DNA of 32,000 nucleotides from Caldimicrobium thiodismutans. Its GTDB lineage: Bacteria > Desulfobacterota > Thermodesulfobacteria > Thermodesulfobacteriales > Thermodesulfobacteriaceae. Positions 24,567 through 32,000 of this stretch are shown here, one piece after another. The notes under the pieces were generated by a model, which saw only the letters and a list, made by a program, of their open reading frames with translations, ran no database searches and was not told the origin of the DNA. The position numbers and the translations under genes are program-made. How positions within the stretch are numbered: position 1 is the stretch's first letter; the number at the start of each line of letters is the position of its first letter. Location of the stretch: positions 1,080,001 to 1,112,000 of the forward strand of contig NZ_AP014945.1 of assembly GCF_001548275.1 (NCBI RefSeq). The letters run 5' to 3'.

Positions 24567-25592
24567 ATGTCTATGAATTCAATTATAGAGATTATAACTT
24601 ATTTTTCAGCCTTTTTGATGGCCACTGGAGTTATCACTTTTTGTGGAAGCAGGCTTTCTAAATATGGAGATATAATTGCGGAAAAATTGGGGCTTTCTCG
24701 CACCTGGATAGGTGTCATTCTTTTGGCCACAGTTACTTCTCTACCAGAACTGATAACAGGCATTAGCTCTGTGACCTATGCAGATGTTCCTGATATTGCT
24801 CTTGGAGATATTTTGGGAAGCTGTGTTTTTAATCTGTTGATTCTTGCTTTTCTTGACATGCAATTTAGAGGCTCACCTGTAACTTCCCTTGCCCATCACG
24901 GTCACATTCTTTCTGCCTCCTTAGGAATACTACTTTTCATCATAACCGCCTTGAGCCTCTTTTTAAAGGATAAAATTTTTCCTCTTGGATGGATTGGGCC
25001 TTATACCTTAATATTTATTCTAACTTACTTTATTGGTGTTAAAATGATTTACATATATGAAAAAAGACAGTTTGCCAGATATATAAAAGAAAAAGCTATA
25101 GAATTAAAATATGAAGAAATCTCTACTAAAAAAGCTATAATACACTATGCAATTAATGGTTTTTTTGTAATAATTACTGCTATTTTTCTTCCCATAATTG
25201 GAGAGGGTCTTGCTGAAGCAACAGGGCTTGGGCAGAGCTTTATTGGAACTATCTTCATTGCAATGACAACTTCTCTCCCTGAAGTAGTGGTCACCCTTTC
25301 TGCTGCAAAAATTGGTGCTATTGATCTTGCCATAGGAAATCTCTTTGGAAGTAATTTATTTAATATTTTCATTTTGGGAATTGATGATATACTTTATGTG
25401 AAAGGTCCCTTATTATATTATGTTAATGAAAATCATATAATTTCGGCTTTATCAGCAAGTGCCATGACCTCTGTGGCCATAATGGGGCTTATCTATAGGG
25501 CTGAAAAAAAGAATTTTTTCATTGCCTGGGATTCTCTAATAATTATAATGTTCTATCTTATTAATATGATGTTGCTTTACACCCTGCGCTAA
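24567..25592 (+). CDS. Sodium/calcium exchanger (CaCA, YrbG-like) family membrane protein
   Basis: Contains two alpha-repeat motifs: SLPELITGISS..GDILGSCVFNLL and SLPEVVVTLSA..GNLFGSNLFNIF. Confidence 0.8.
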   Translation: MSMNSIIEIITYFSAFLMATGVITFCGSRLSKYGDIIAEKLGLSRTWIGVILLATVTSLPELITGISSVTYADVPDIALGDILGSCVFNLLILAFLDMQFRGSPVTSLAHHGHILSASLGILLFIITALSLFLKDKIFPLGWIGPYTLIFILTYFIGVKMIYIYEKRQFARYIKEKAIELKYEEISTKKAIIHYAINGFFVIITAIFLPIIGEGLAEATGLGQSFIGTIFIAMTTSLPEVVVTLSAAKIGAIDLAIGNLFGSNLFNIFILGIDDILYVKGPLLYYVNENHIISALSASAMTSVAIMGLIYRAEKKNFFIAWDSLIIIMFYLINMMLLYTLR

Positions 25593-25666
25593 GCCTTTAA
25601 TCTTGAAGAAATTATTTTAATTCCCTCAAGTAAAATAGAAAATATTACCCATCAGGAGGGTAAAGT

Positions 25667-28267
25667 ATGATTTATCAGGGATTAACCCATGAAGAGGCAG
25701 GAAAAAGGTTTGAACTTTATGGACCAAACGAGATAGAAGAAGCCAAAAAGATCTCTCCTTTAAAAATCTTACTTTCTCAATTTTTAAATTTTATTGTTAT
25801 TATACTTATTATAGCAGGAATTATTTCTTTTTTTCTTGGGGAAAAAGTTGAGGCTTTGGCTATTTTTGCCATTGTTATAGCAGCAGGGCTTCTCGGATTT
25901 TTCCAGGAATATCAGGCAGAAAAATCTCTTCAGGCCTTAAAAAAGTTGATAACTCCCACAGCCAAAGTAATAAGAGAAGGAAGACTTATGGAGATTCCTG
26001 TGCGAGAGATTGTTCCAGGAGATATAGTTTTTGTTGAAGCTGGAGATAGAGTTCCTGCAGATGGAAAACTTCTTGAGGCAATAGATCTGTATGTGGATGA
26101 GGCTGTGCTTACAGGAGAATCCTTCCCTGTAGAAAAAAGGCTAAAAGAAACCCCTCAAGATGAAGAGAATAAAAATCTTCTTTTTATGGGAACTTATGTG
26201 GTGCGAGGTAAGGGATATTTTGAGGTCCTTGCCACCGGTAAAAATACCGAATTTGGAAAGATTGCAAGTATGCTTAAAGAGGTGGAAGAGAAAAAGACCC
26301 CTCTACAGGAGAAAATTGAGGCCTCAAGTAAAAAGCTTGGAATGGTAATTCTTCTCTTAAGTGCCCTGATAGCCCTTTCAGGGATTTTACGGGGATATCC
26401 TGCTTATGAGATGTTTATCTGGGGTGTGGCTTTAGCGGTTGCTCTAATTCCTGAGGCCCTTCCTGCTGTAAGCACAATCACCCTTGCCCTGGGTGTAAAA
26501 AGAATGGCTGAAAAAAGGGCTCTCATCAGAAAACTTCCTGCTGTTGAAACCCTTGGTTCTGTTACCTATATCTGCACGGATAAAACAGGAACTCTTACCA
26601 AAAACGAAATGACTGTGAAAAAAATCTTTGTGTCAGAAAAAATTCTTGAAGTTACAGGGGTGGGATATGAACCAAGAGGTGAAATCCTCTGGGAGGGTGA
26701 ACCCTTTAAAGCAGATAAAGCCTTTGAGTTGCTCCTTAAAGTTACTCTCTTATGCAATAATTCCGAGCTTTATTTTGATGAAAGTGAAAGACGCTATAAA
26801 ATTAAGGGTGATCCCACTGAAGGAGCTCTTATTACTTTTGCTTATAAAGCAGGGCTTTCTGAAGAAACAAGGGCTTTCAATCCACCTCTAAGGGAGATTC
26901 CCTTTTCCTCTGAGAGAATGAGAATGACAACCCTTCATTCCTTTGAAAATAAAATTTATGCCTTAACTAAAGGTGCTCTTGAGATTATTCTTGAGAGGTC
27001 CTCTTATATTCTTGTGGGTGATACCTTAGAGCCTCTATCTCAAGAAAAAAGAAAGGAGATTCTTCAAATTGCCCAAACCTTTTCTGAGTCTGCACTTAGA
27101 GTTCTTGCCTTTGCCTACAGAGAGGTTGAGGATTTAAATCTTCCAGACCATGAAATTGAAAGGGAGCTTATTTTTCTTGGTTTTGCAGGAATGATGGATC
27201 CACCAAGAGAGGAAGTCAAAGAAGCAGTAAGGATTGCAAAAGAGGCAGGTATCAAAGCTGTTATGATTACCGGGGATAATAGAGAGACTGCTCTTGCAGT
27301 TGGAAAAGAAATCGGGCTTTATCAGGGCGGACTGATTCTTACAGGAAAAGAGTTGAGGAATTTATCCGAAAGGGAATTTGAAGAAAAGGTGCTTCAGGTT
27401 GAGATTTATGCAAGAGCTATGCCTGAGGATAAGTTAAAAATTGTTAAGGCCCTTCAGAAGCGGGGGCAGATTGTTGCTATGACAGGAGATGGAGTAAATG
27501 ATGCCCCAGCCTTAAAGCAGGCAGATATAGGAATTGCCATGGGGATTACAGGAACCGAGGTTGCCAAAGAAGCAAGTGCCATGATTCTTCTTGAAGAAAA
27601 CTTTGCAACCATTGTAAGAGCTGTGGAAGAGGGAAGAACCATTTTTGCTAATATTAGAAAATTTCTCACCTATCTTATGACAGGAAATACAGCTACCGTT
27701 CTTGCGCTAACAACTGCGCTTCTTCTTGGACTTCCATTACCCCTTACTGCAGTTCAGATTCTCTTCATCAATCTTCTCATGGATGGCTTTCCAGCCCTTG
27801 CCCTTGGGGTTGAACCTCCTGAACCAGGAATTATGAAGCGAAAACCAAGAGATCCCAGGGAGGGACTTCTTCCTAAGGAAAACCTTCTTTTTATCGCAGG
27901 AATGGGGCTCTATATGGCAGGGCTTGCCTTTGCCCTTTATTATTATACCCTCAAGATTGAAAACCCCCTTAAGGCAGGAACCATCTTTTTTGCCTCCATT
28001 ATTACTTTTCGTCTAATTAATGCCCTAAATTGTAGATCCATTGAATATAGCCTTTTTAAACTGGGGATTTTTAGCAATCGCTGGCTCCTTCTTGCTCTCT
28101 CTCTTTCCTTTGTGCTCATGTTACTTGCCCTTTATACTCCCTTAAGCCTTATTTTGCATACTCAACCTTTAAGCCTAAATGACTGGTTCCTTATTCTTGC
28201 TTGTGGAGTTCTTATTTTATTAGTTGATGAGATTCATAAAGGGATTAAAAGAAAAATAAGGGCTTGA
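25667..28267 (+). CDS. P-type cation-transporting ATPase, type II (Ca2+-ATPase-like)
   Basis: 866 aa with LTGES, ICTDKTGTLTKNEM, MITGDN and TGDGVNDAPALKQADIGIAMG, plus 10 predicted TM helices. Confidence 0.92.
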   Translation: MIYQGLTHEEAGKRFELYGPNEIEEAKKISPLKILLSQFLNFIVIILIIAGIISFFLGEKVEALAIFAIVIAAGLLGFFQEYQAEKSLQALKKLITPTAKVIREGRLMEIPVREIVPGDIVFVEAGDRVPADGKLLEAIDLYVDEAVLTGESFPVEKRLKETPQDEENKNLLFMGTYVVRGKGYFEVLATGKNTEFGKIASMLKEVEEKKTPLQEKIEASSKKLGMVILLLSALIALSGILRGYPAYEMFIWGVALAVALIPEALPAVSTITLALGVKRMAEKRALIRKLPAVETLGSVTYICTDKTGTLTKNEMTVKKIFVSEKILEVTGVGYEPRGEILWEGEPFKADKAFELLLKVTLLCNNSELYFDESERRYKIKGDPTEGALITFAYKAGLSEETRAFNPPLREIPFSSERMRMTTLHSFENKIYALTKGALEIILERSSYILVGDTLEPLSQEKRKEILQIAQTFSESALRVLAFAYREVEDLNLPDHEIERELIFLGFAGMMDPPREEVKEAVRIAKEAGIKAVMITGDNRETALAVGKEIGLYQGGLILTGKELRNLSEREFEEKVLQVEIYARAMPEDKLKIVKALQKRGQIVAMTGDGVNDAPALKQADIGIAMGITGTEVAKEASAMILLEENFATIVRAVEEGRTIFANIRKFLTYLMTGNTATVLALTTALLLGLPLPLTAVQILFINLLMDGFPALALGVEPPEPGIMKRKPRDPREGLLPKENLLFIAGMGLYMAGLAFALYYYTLKIENPLKAGTIFFASIITFRLINALNCRSIEYSLFKLGIFSNRWLLLALSLSFVLMLLALYTPLSLILHTQPLSLNDWFLILACGVLILLVDEIHKGIKRKIRA

Positions 28268-28298
28268 AGAAGTTTTTTAAGCGTTTATCATATAATTT

Positions 28299-29216
28299 AT
28301 GAATTTAGAAGACCAAGAAAGGAAAACCAAATCCGGTGTAGTTGCCATAATTGGACTTCCCAATGTAGGGAAGTCCACCCTTTTAAACAATCTCCTTGGC
28401 ACTAAGGTTTCCATTGTTAGCCCCAAACCCCAGACCACCCGCTTTAATATCAGAGGAATTTACACTAAGGATAATTTACAGATTATTTTTGTTGACACTC
28501 CAGGGATTCACGAGGCCCAGAGTCTTTTCAATCAGCTCATGGTAAAACAGGCAATTTCTGCCCTTGAAGAGGTTGATGCAGTTCTCTGGGTTATGGATGT
28601 AACAAACAGGGTCCCTGAAGAGGAAAAAATTCTTGAAATAATTAAAAAAGTTGGAAAACCAACTATTCTTGCCATGAATAAAATTGACCTTATGAAAAAC
28701 AAAAACGAGCTTTTACCCCTTATAGATTATTTTTCCAAACTCTATGATTTTTCTACCATTATTCCCATCTCTGCTCTCGAAAGAGACGGCCTTGATAGAA
28801 TTATAGATGAGCTTGAAAAGATTCTACCCGAAGGTCCCTTTTATTATGATCCCGAATATGTGACTGATCTTCCTTTGAAATTGCTTGTTGCTGAAATTAT
28901 AAGAGAAAAGGTTTTTATGCATACCTATCAGGAAATTCCCTATTGTGTGGCTGTAAAGGTTGATTCTATTGAGGAGGTTCCTGAAAAAAATCTCCTTCAT
29001 ATTCAGGCAACCATTTTTGTGGAGAGGGATTCACAAAAGGGAATTATTATTGGAAAAGGTGGAAGGATGCTTAAAAAGATTGGAACCCTTGCGAGAGAAG
29101 AGCTTGAGTTTTTACTCAAAAAGAGGATTTATCTTGATCTCTGGGTTAAGACCCTTGAAGGCTGGCGCGAAAAAGAAAGCCATATCAGAAGACTTCTCCC
29201 CTTAATGCTTGAATAA
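28299..29216 (+). CDS. era: GTPase Era
   Basis: Contains G1 GLPNVGKSTLLN, G3 DTPG, G4 NKID and a C-terminal KH domain (..IIGKGGRMLKKIG..). Confidence 0.95.
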   Translation: MNLEDQERKTKSGVVAIIGLPNVGKSTLLNNLLGTKVSIVSPKPQTTRFNIRGIYTKDNLQIIFVDTPGIHEAQSLFNQLMVKQAISALEEVDAVLWVMDVTNRVPEEEKILEIIKKVGKPTILAMNKIDLMKNKNELLPLIDYFSKLYDFSTIIPISALERDGLDRIIDELEKILPEGPFYYDPEYVTDLPLKLLVAEIIREKVFMHTYQEIPYCVAVKVDSIEEVPEKNLLHIQATIFVERDSQKGIIIGKGGRMLKKIGTLAREELEFLLKKRIYLDLWVKTLEGWREKESHIRRLLPLMLE

Positions 29217-29240
29217 TGCTTAAATAAGGTATAGTCTTTT

Positions 29241-29525
29241 ATGAAGAAAAATCTTCCCATCGGGATTTCAAGCTTTGTTGAGATTCGCTCAGAACCTTAT
29301 TATTATGTGGATAAAACTCCCTTTGTAGCCAAACTTGTCTCCGAAGGAAAATATTATTTTCTCTCCCGTCCAAGGAGATTTGGAAAATCCCTTTTTATGG
29401 ATACCCTGAAACAGGCCTTCCTTGGGAGAAAAGAGCTTTTCCAGGGGCTCTATCTTGAGAAAAACTGGGACTGGAGTGTTAAGTATCCAGTTATTCATAT
29501 TGATTTTGGGGGAGGAGTTATTTGA
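29241..29525 (+). pseudogene. Truncated paralog (N-terminal 92 aa only) of the AAA-ATPase-like/PDDEXK gene at 7057..8607
   Basis: The ORF reads MKKNLPIGISSFVEIRSEPYYYVDKT..SRPRRFGKS..VIHIDFGGG and then stops. Homology to the full-length copy ends at 29519, where unrelated transposase-like sequence begins. Confidence 0.85.
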
Positions 29526-29721
29526 GGATTTGGAGAAATTTAATAAGGAGTTGATGGGGTATTTGATATGGTATAATGGAGAGAGGCCACATAGTGGATT
29601 GCAGCAGGTATCACCAATAAAATATTTGTATTATGCCATAAAAAAATACTATAAAGTCTCAAAAGATATGGACTTATACATTGTCTTGAAGATTTTGAAA
29701 ATTTCATTATCATGTATTTAA
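29518..29721 (+). mobile_element. Remnant of the C-terminus of an rve (DDE integrase-core) transposase of IS3/IS481 type
   Basis: The frame of ORF 29422..29721 from residue 33 reads LFEDLEKFNKELMGYLIWYNGERPHSGLQQVSPIKYL. The ..YN.ERPH..L...P.. motif is the conserved tail of rve-domain transposases. No catalytic core or terminal inverted repeats are recognisable. Confidence 0.55.
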
Positions 29722-29724
29722 AAT
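29695..29724 (+). promoter_or_regulatory. Candidate promoter of the R-M operon
   Basis: TTGAAA (29695-29700), 18-nt spacer, TAAAAT (29719-29724), about 25 nt upstream of the methyltransferase start. Confidence 0.3.
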
Positions 29725-29748
29725 TCTAAAACTTTTTGAAGTCATCTA

Positions 29749-30567
29749 TTGATGGATAAAGAAGAAAAAATTTTTTATCAAAATCAAAAGGTTGTTATTA
29801 TTAACGATGACTTTTTAACTACAAATCTTATACCCTCTAATTCTATAGACTTAATAGTCACTTCCCCTCCATATAATGTTGATATACATTACGCAACTTT
29901 CAAAGATAATATACCTTATGAAAAGTATCTTGAATTTACTCAGAAATGGCTAGAAAAAGCACTTGAACTTCTTAAACCAGATGGTCGATTATGTTTAAAT
30001 ATACCACTCGATAAAAGTAAAGGACGAAAAGAAGAAGGCTTTCAAAGTGTCTATGCAGATGTTTTATCTATAGCAAAAAAAATAGGCTGGAAATATTTTA
30101 CTACAATTGTATGGAATGAACAAAATATATCCAGGAGGACTGCCTGGGGATCCTGGCTCAGTGCACGCTCTCCTTATGTAATCGCACCAGTTGAAGTTAT
30201 AGTAGTATTGTATAAAAGTAAGTGGAAAAAAACAAGTGGAACAGGAATCTCTGATATCACAAGAGAAGAATTTATAGAATGGACAAATGGATTGTGGTCC
30301 TTTCCAGGCGAGAGTAGAAAAAAAATTGGACATCCTGCTCCATTTCCATTAGAACTACCAAAAAGATGTATTAAACTTTTCAGTTTTGTAGGGGATACTG
30401 TCTTAGATCCTTTCCTTGGTAGTGGAACAACTTTAATAGCTACTGCATTATTAAATAGAAAAGGAATTGGAGTAGAAATAGATAAAAAATATTGTGAACT
30501 TGCTTTGAAAAGATTGTTAAATGAAGGAAATATATTTCAAAAGAAGTTACATGAGTTAATAAAATGA
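29749..30567 (+). CDS. Type II DNA methyltransferase, beta-class amino-MTase (N4-cytosine or N6-adenine; the SPPY motif favours N4-C)
   Basis: Motif IV DLIVTSPPYNV lies near the N-terminus and motif I VLDPFLGSGTT near the C-terminus, which is the beta permutation. The likely real start is ATG 29752. The stop overlaps the downstream ATG (ATGA). Confidence 0.88.
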   Translation: MMDKEEKIFYQNQKVVIINDDFLTTNLIPSNSIDLIVTSPPYNVDIHYATFKDNIPYEKYLEFTQKWLEKALELLKPDGRLCLNIPLDKSKGRKEEGFQSVYADVLSIAKKIGWKYFTTIVWNEQNISRRTAWGSWLSARSPYVIAPVEVIVVLYKSKWKKTSGTGISDITREEFIEWTNGLWSFPGESRKKIGHPAPFPLELPKRCIKLFSFVGDTVLDPFLGSGTTLIATALLNRKGIGVEIDKKYCELALKRLLNEGNIFQKKLHELIK

Positions 30568-31286
30568 GGCGAGGATTTATTTGTAAAAAAGAGATTCTGG
30601 ATAAGCTTAAAAAAATCTATGATAAAATCGTTGAAAAAGAATATAATGGAAATTATCTTTCCGCGATCCAAAACTTTGATACTTTTGCAGAGGCTACATT
30701 GAGAGATAATTTACTAAAGTTTTACAAAAACCAGCGAAGTCGCGATCAAGCCTGGAAAACTTGTAAAGGATCCTTATATGAATATGCTGTATTTAAAGTC
30801 ATAGAGCAAATAATAATCGAGGACAATGAACTAAATAGTATGTTTATGGTAACAATGAGTGATAAAGATTTATATAATTATAAGGATCAGGTGGCTATCA
30901 AAAACTGGACTGAAATCTTTCCAGATGCAGATATTCTTATAGTTGAAAAAAATAAAAATTTAGTTAGAGTAATCATTTCATGTAAAACAAGCTTAAGAGA
31001 AAGATTAACAGAGACTGCTTTTTGGAAAAGAGAAATAGAAAAAACTAAAAATGAAAAAATCCTATTAATTTTTATGACTACTGATAAAGATGATGAACTT
31101 AAGATAGATACAAATCGCTACATTCTTTTACATGTAATAGATTATACATTTATAACAGATCGTTCTAAATATACTAAATTATTAGAAAGCTATAAAAAGA
31201 AATATGGAAATAGAGAAGATTTTCAAAAGCTTATTTCAAAAGTTAGGTTTATTGCTGATATTAAAGATTTTCTCCACACTTTATAG
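30564..31286 (+). CDS. Putative Type II restriction endonuclease (PD..SxK-type PD-(D/E)XK fold)
   Basis: 240-aa ORF translationally coupled to the MTase by a 4-nt overlap, in a very AT-rich context. It contains FPDADILIV..(x)..VIISCKTSLRERLTE, which resembles the PD...SxK...E active site with an adjacent K-x3-R-E-R recognition motif seen in NgoMIV/Cfr10I/Ecl18kI/PspGI-type enzymes. Confidence 0.55.
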   Translation: MRRGFICKKEILDKLKKIYDKIVEKEYNGNYLSAIQNFDTFAEATLRDNLLKFYKNQRSRDQAWKTCKGSLYEYAVFKVIEQIIIEDNELNSMFMVTMSDKDLYNYKDQVAIKNWTEIFPDADILIVEKNKNLVRVIISCKTSLRERLTETAFWKREIEKTKNEKILLIFMTTDKDDELKIDTNRYILLHVIDYTFITDRSKYTKLLESYKKKYGNREDFQKLISKVRFIADIKDFLHTL

Positions 31287-31442
31287 CTATTTATTAAATT
31301 TTTAATAATTTTACAGAAAACTTCAGCTGTTTATTCTATTTCTACCAAAATTCATAAATACTTAAACAGGTGCAATTGTAACTTTTAGAAGCGTAAAAAA
31401 TTTTTTGTGTTTTTGTAATTAATTGAATTTTAAAAGTTTATT

Positions 31443-32000
31443 CTATTTTCGTAGAAGTTTTTTGAGGTCTTTGTATAGTTCGGGTAATTTTTCAAAAATA
31501 ATAACTGCTCTTCTCCAGAGGCTTGCCTTTATTGCAGGAATGCCTGCAACCTCTTCTCCCTGAGGCACCTCTCCATGCACTCCTGATTTTGCTGCAACTC
31601 TTGCTCCCTTTCTTATCACACTTCCTGGTGCAACCCCAACCTGACCAGCAAGCATAACATAATCTTCAATCACCGCACTCCCTCCAATAGCGGTGTGGGA
31701 AACAAGAATGCACTCCCTTCCAATTCTTACATTGTGTCCAATTTGAACAAGATTGTCAATCTTTGTGCCAGAACCAATGATCGTCTCCCCAAAGGTTGCC
31801 CGATCAAGGGTTGAATTTGCTCCAATTTCAACTTCATCCTCAATCTTTACCCTTCCAAAATGATAGATCTTTAGATTTTTAAAACCTTCATTTTTTGGCT
31901 CCTGGGCATAGCCAAAACCATCTGCCCCAACAACAACACCTGCATGAAGAATACAGTTCCTCCCAAGTAAAGTCCCAGGATAAAGAACTACATGGGGATA
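31443..32000 (-). CDS. lpxD: UDP-3-O-(3-hydroxyacyl)glucosamine N-acyltransferase (partial; the 5' end lies beyond the window)
   Basis: The minus frame is open to the window edge: ..[93 protein letters not shown].. This shows hexapeptide repeats and the LpxD C-terminal helix. Confidence 0.9.
   Translation of the reverse strand, partial: YPHVVLYPGTLLGRNCILHAGVVVGADGFGYAQEPKNEGFKNLKIYHFGRVKIEDEVEIGANSTLDRATFGETIIGSGTKIDNLVQIGHNVRIGRECILVSHTAIGGSAVIEDYVMLAGQVGVAPGSVIRKGARVAAKSGVHGEVPQGEEVAGIPAIKASLWRRAVIIFEKLPELYKDLKKLLRK

Noticed and set aside
28291-28296. TATAAT box just upstream of era
   Set aside because: It lies only 2 nt before the era ATG, too close to act as the promoter for that start codon. 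era is more likely read through from the ATPase gene or transcribed from a promoter I cannot see.
29422-29517. The N-terminal third of ORF 29422..29721
   Set aside because: This part is an out-of-frame reading of the AAA-ATPase-like fragment. Only the portion after about 29518 shows transposase-like sequence.
29219-31373. CTTAAATAAGGT (about 29220) versus CTTAAACAGGT (about 31362) as direct repeats flanking the R-M islet
   Set aside because: The match is short, imperfect and AT-rich, easily produced by chance in this composition. It is not adequate evidence for target-site duplication.

Overview
AT-rich chromosomal segment from a diderm bacterium (lpxC, lpxD, DegP and SurA-like genes), probably a thermophile given the K/E/I-rich proteins. 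I cannot name the species. Most of the window is tightly packed housekeeping DNA: ftsY, tRNA-Ser, rpmE-prfA, a roughly 8 kb co-directional run (LbH protein, parvulin, RNase H-like exonuclease, DegP, SurA-like, recO, LOG, pyrB, pyrC), lpxC, an L,D-transpeptidase, an EndoIII-like glycosylase, four transporters, era and lpxD. Three patches look accessory or unusual. (1) 4.2-8.6 kb, between rpmE and tRNA-Arg, holds a decayed Rpn-family nuclease pseudogene, the uncharacterised radical-SAM/TIGR03915 'DNA modification/repair' pair, and an AAA-ATPase-like + PD-(D/E)XK protein. (2) 19.4-21.7 kb is one 775-aa ORF fusing an intact cysteine synthase to a complete cysteinyl-tRNA synthetase whose ATP-handling motifs are degenerate (HIGH->HIGL, KMSKS->KKLSS). 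This is my best candidate for undescribed biology. (3) 29.2-31.4 kb is a visibly more AT-rich islet between era and lpxD, with a truncated paralog of the AAA-ATPase-like gene, a transposase scar and a two-gene Type II restriction-modification system. I saw no CRISPR array, rRNA or intact mobile element. All calls rest on hand translation and remembered family motifs; no searches were run.
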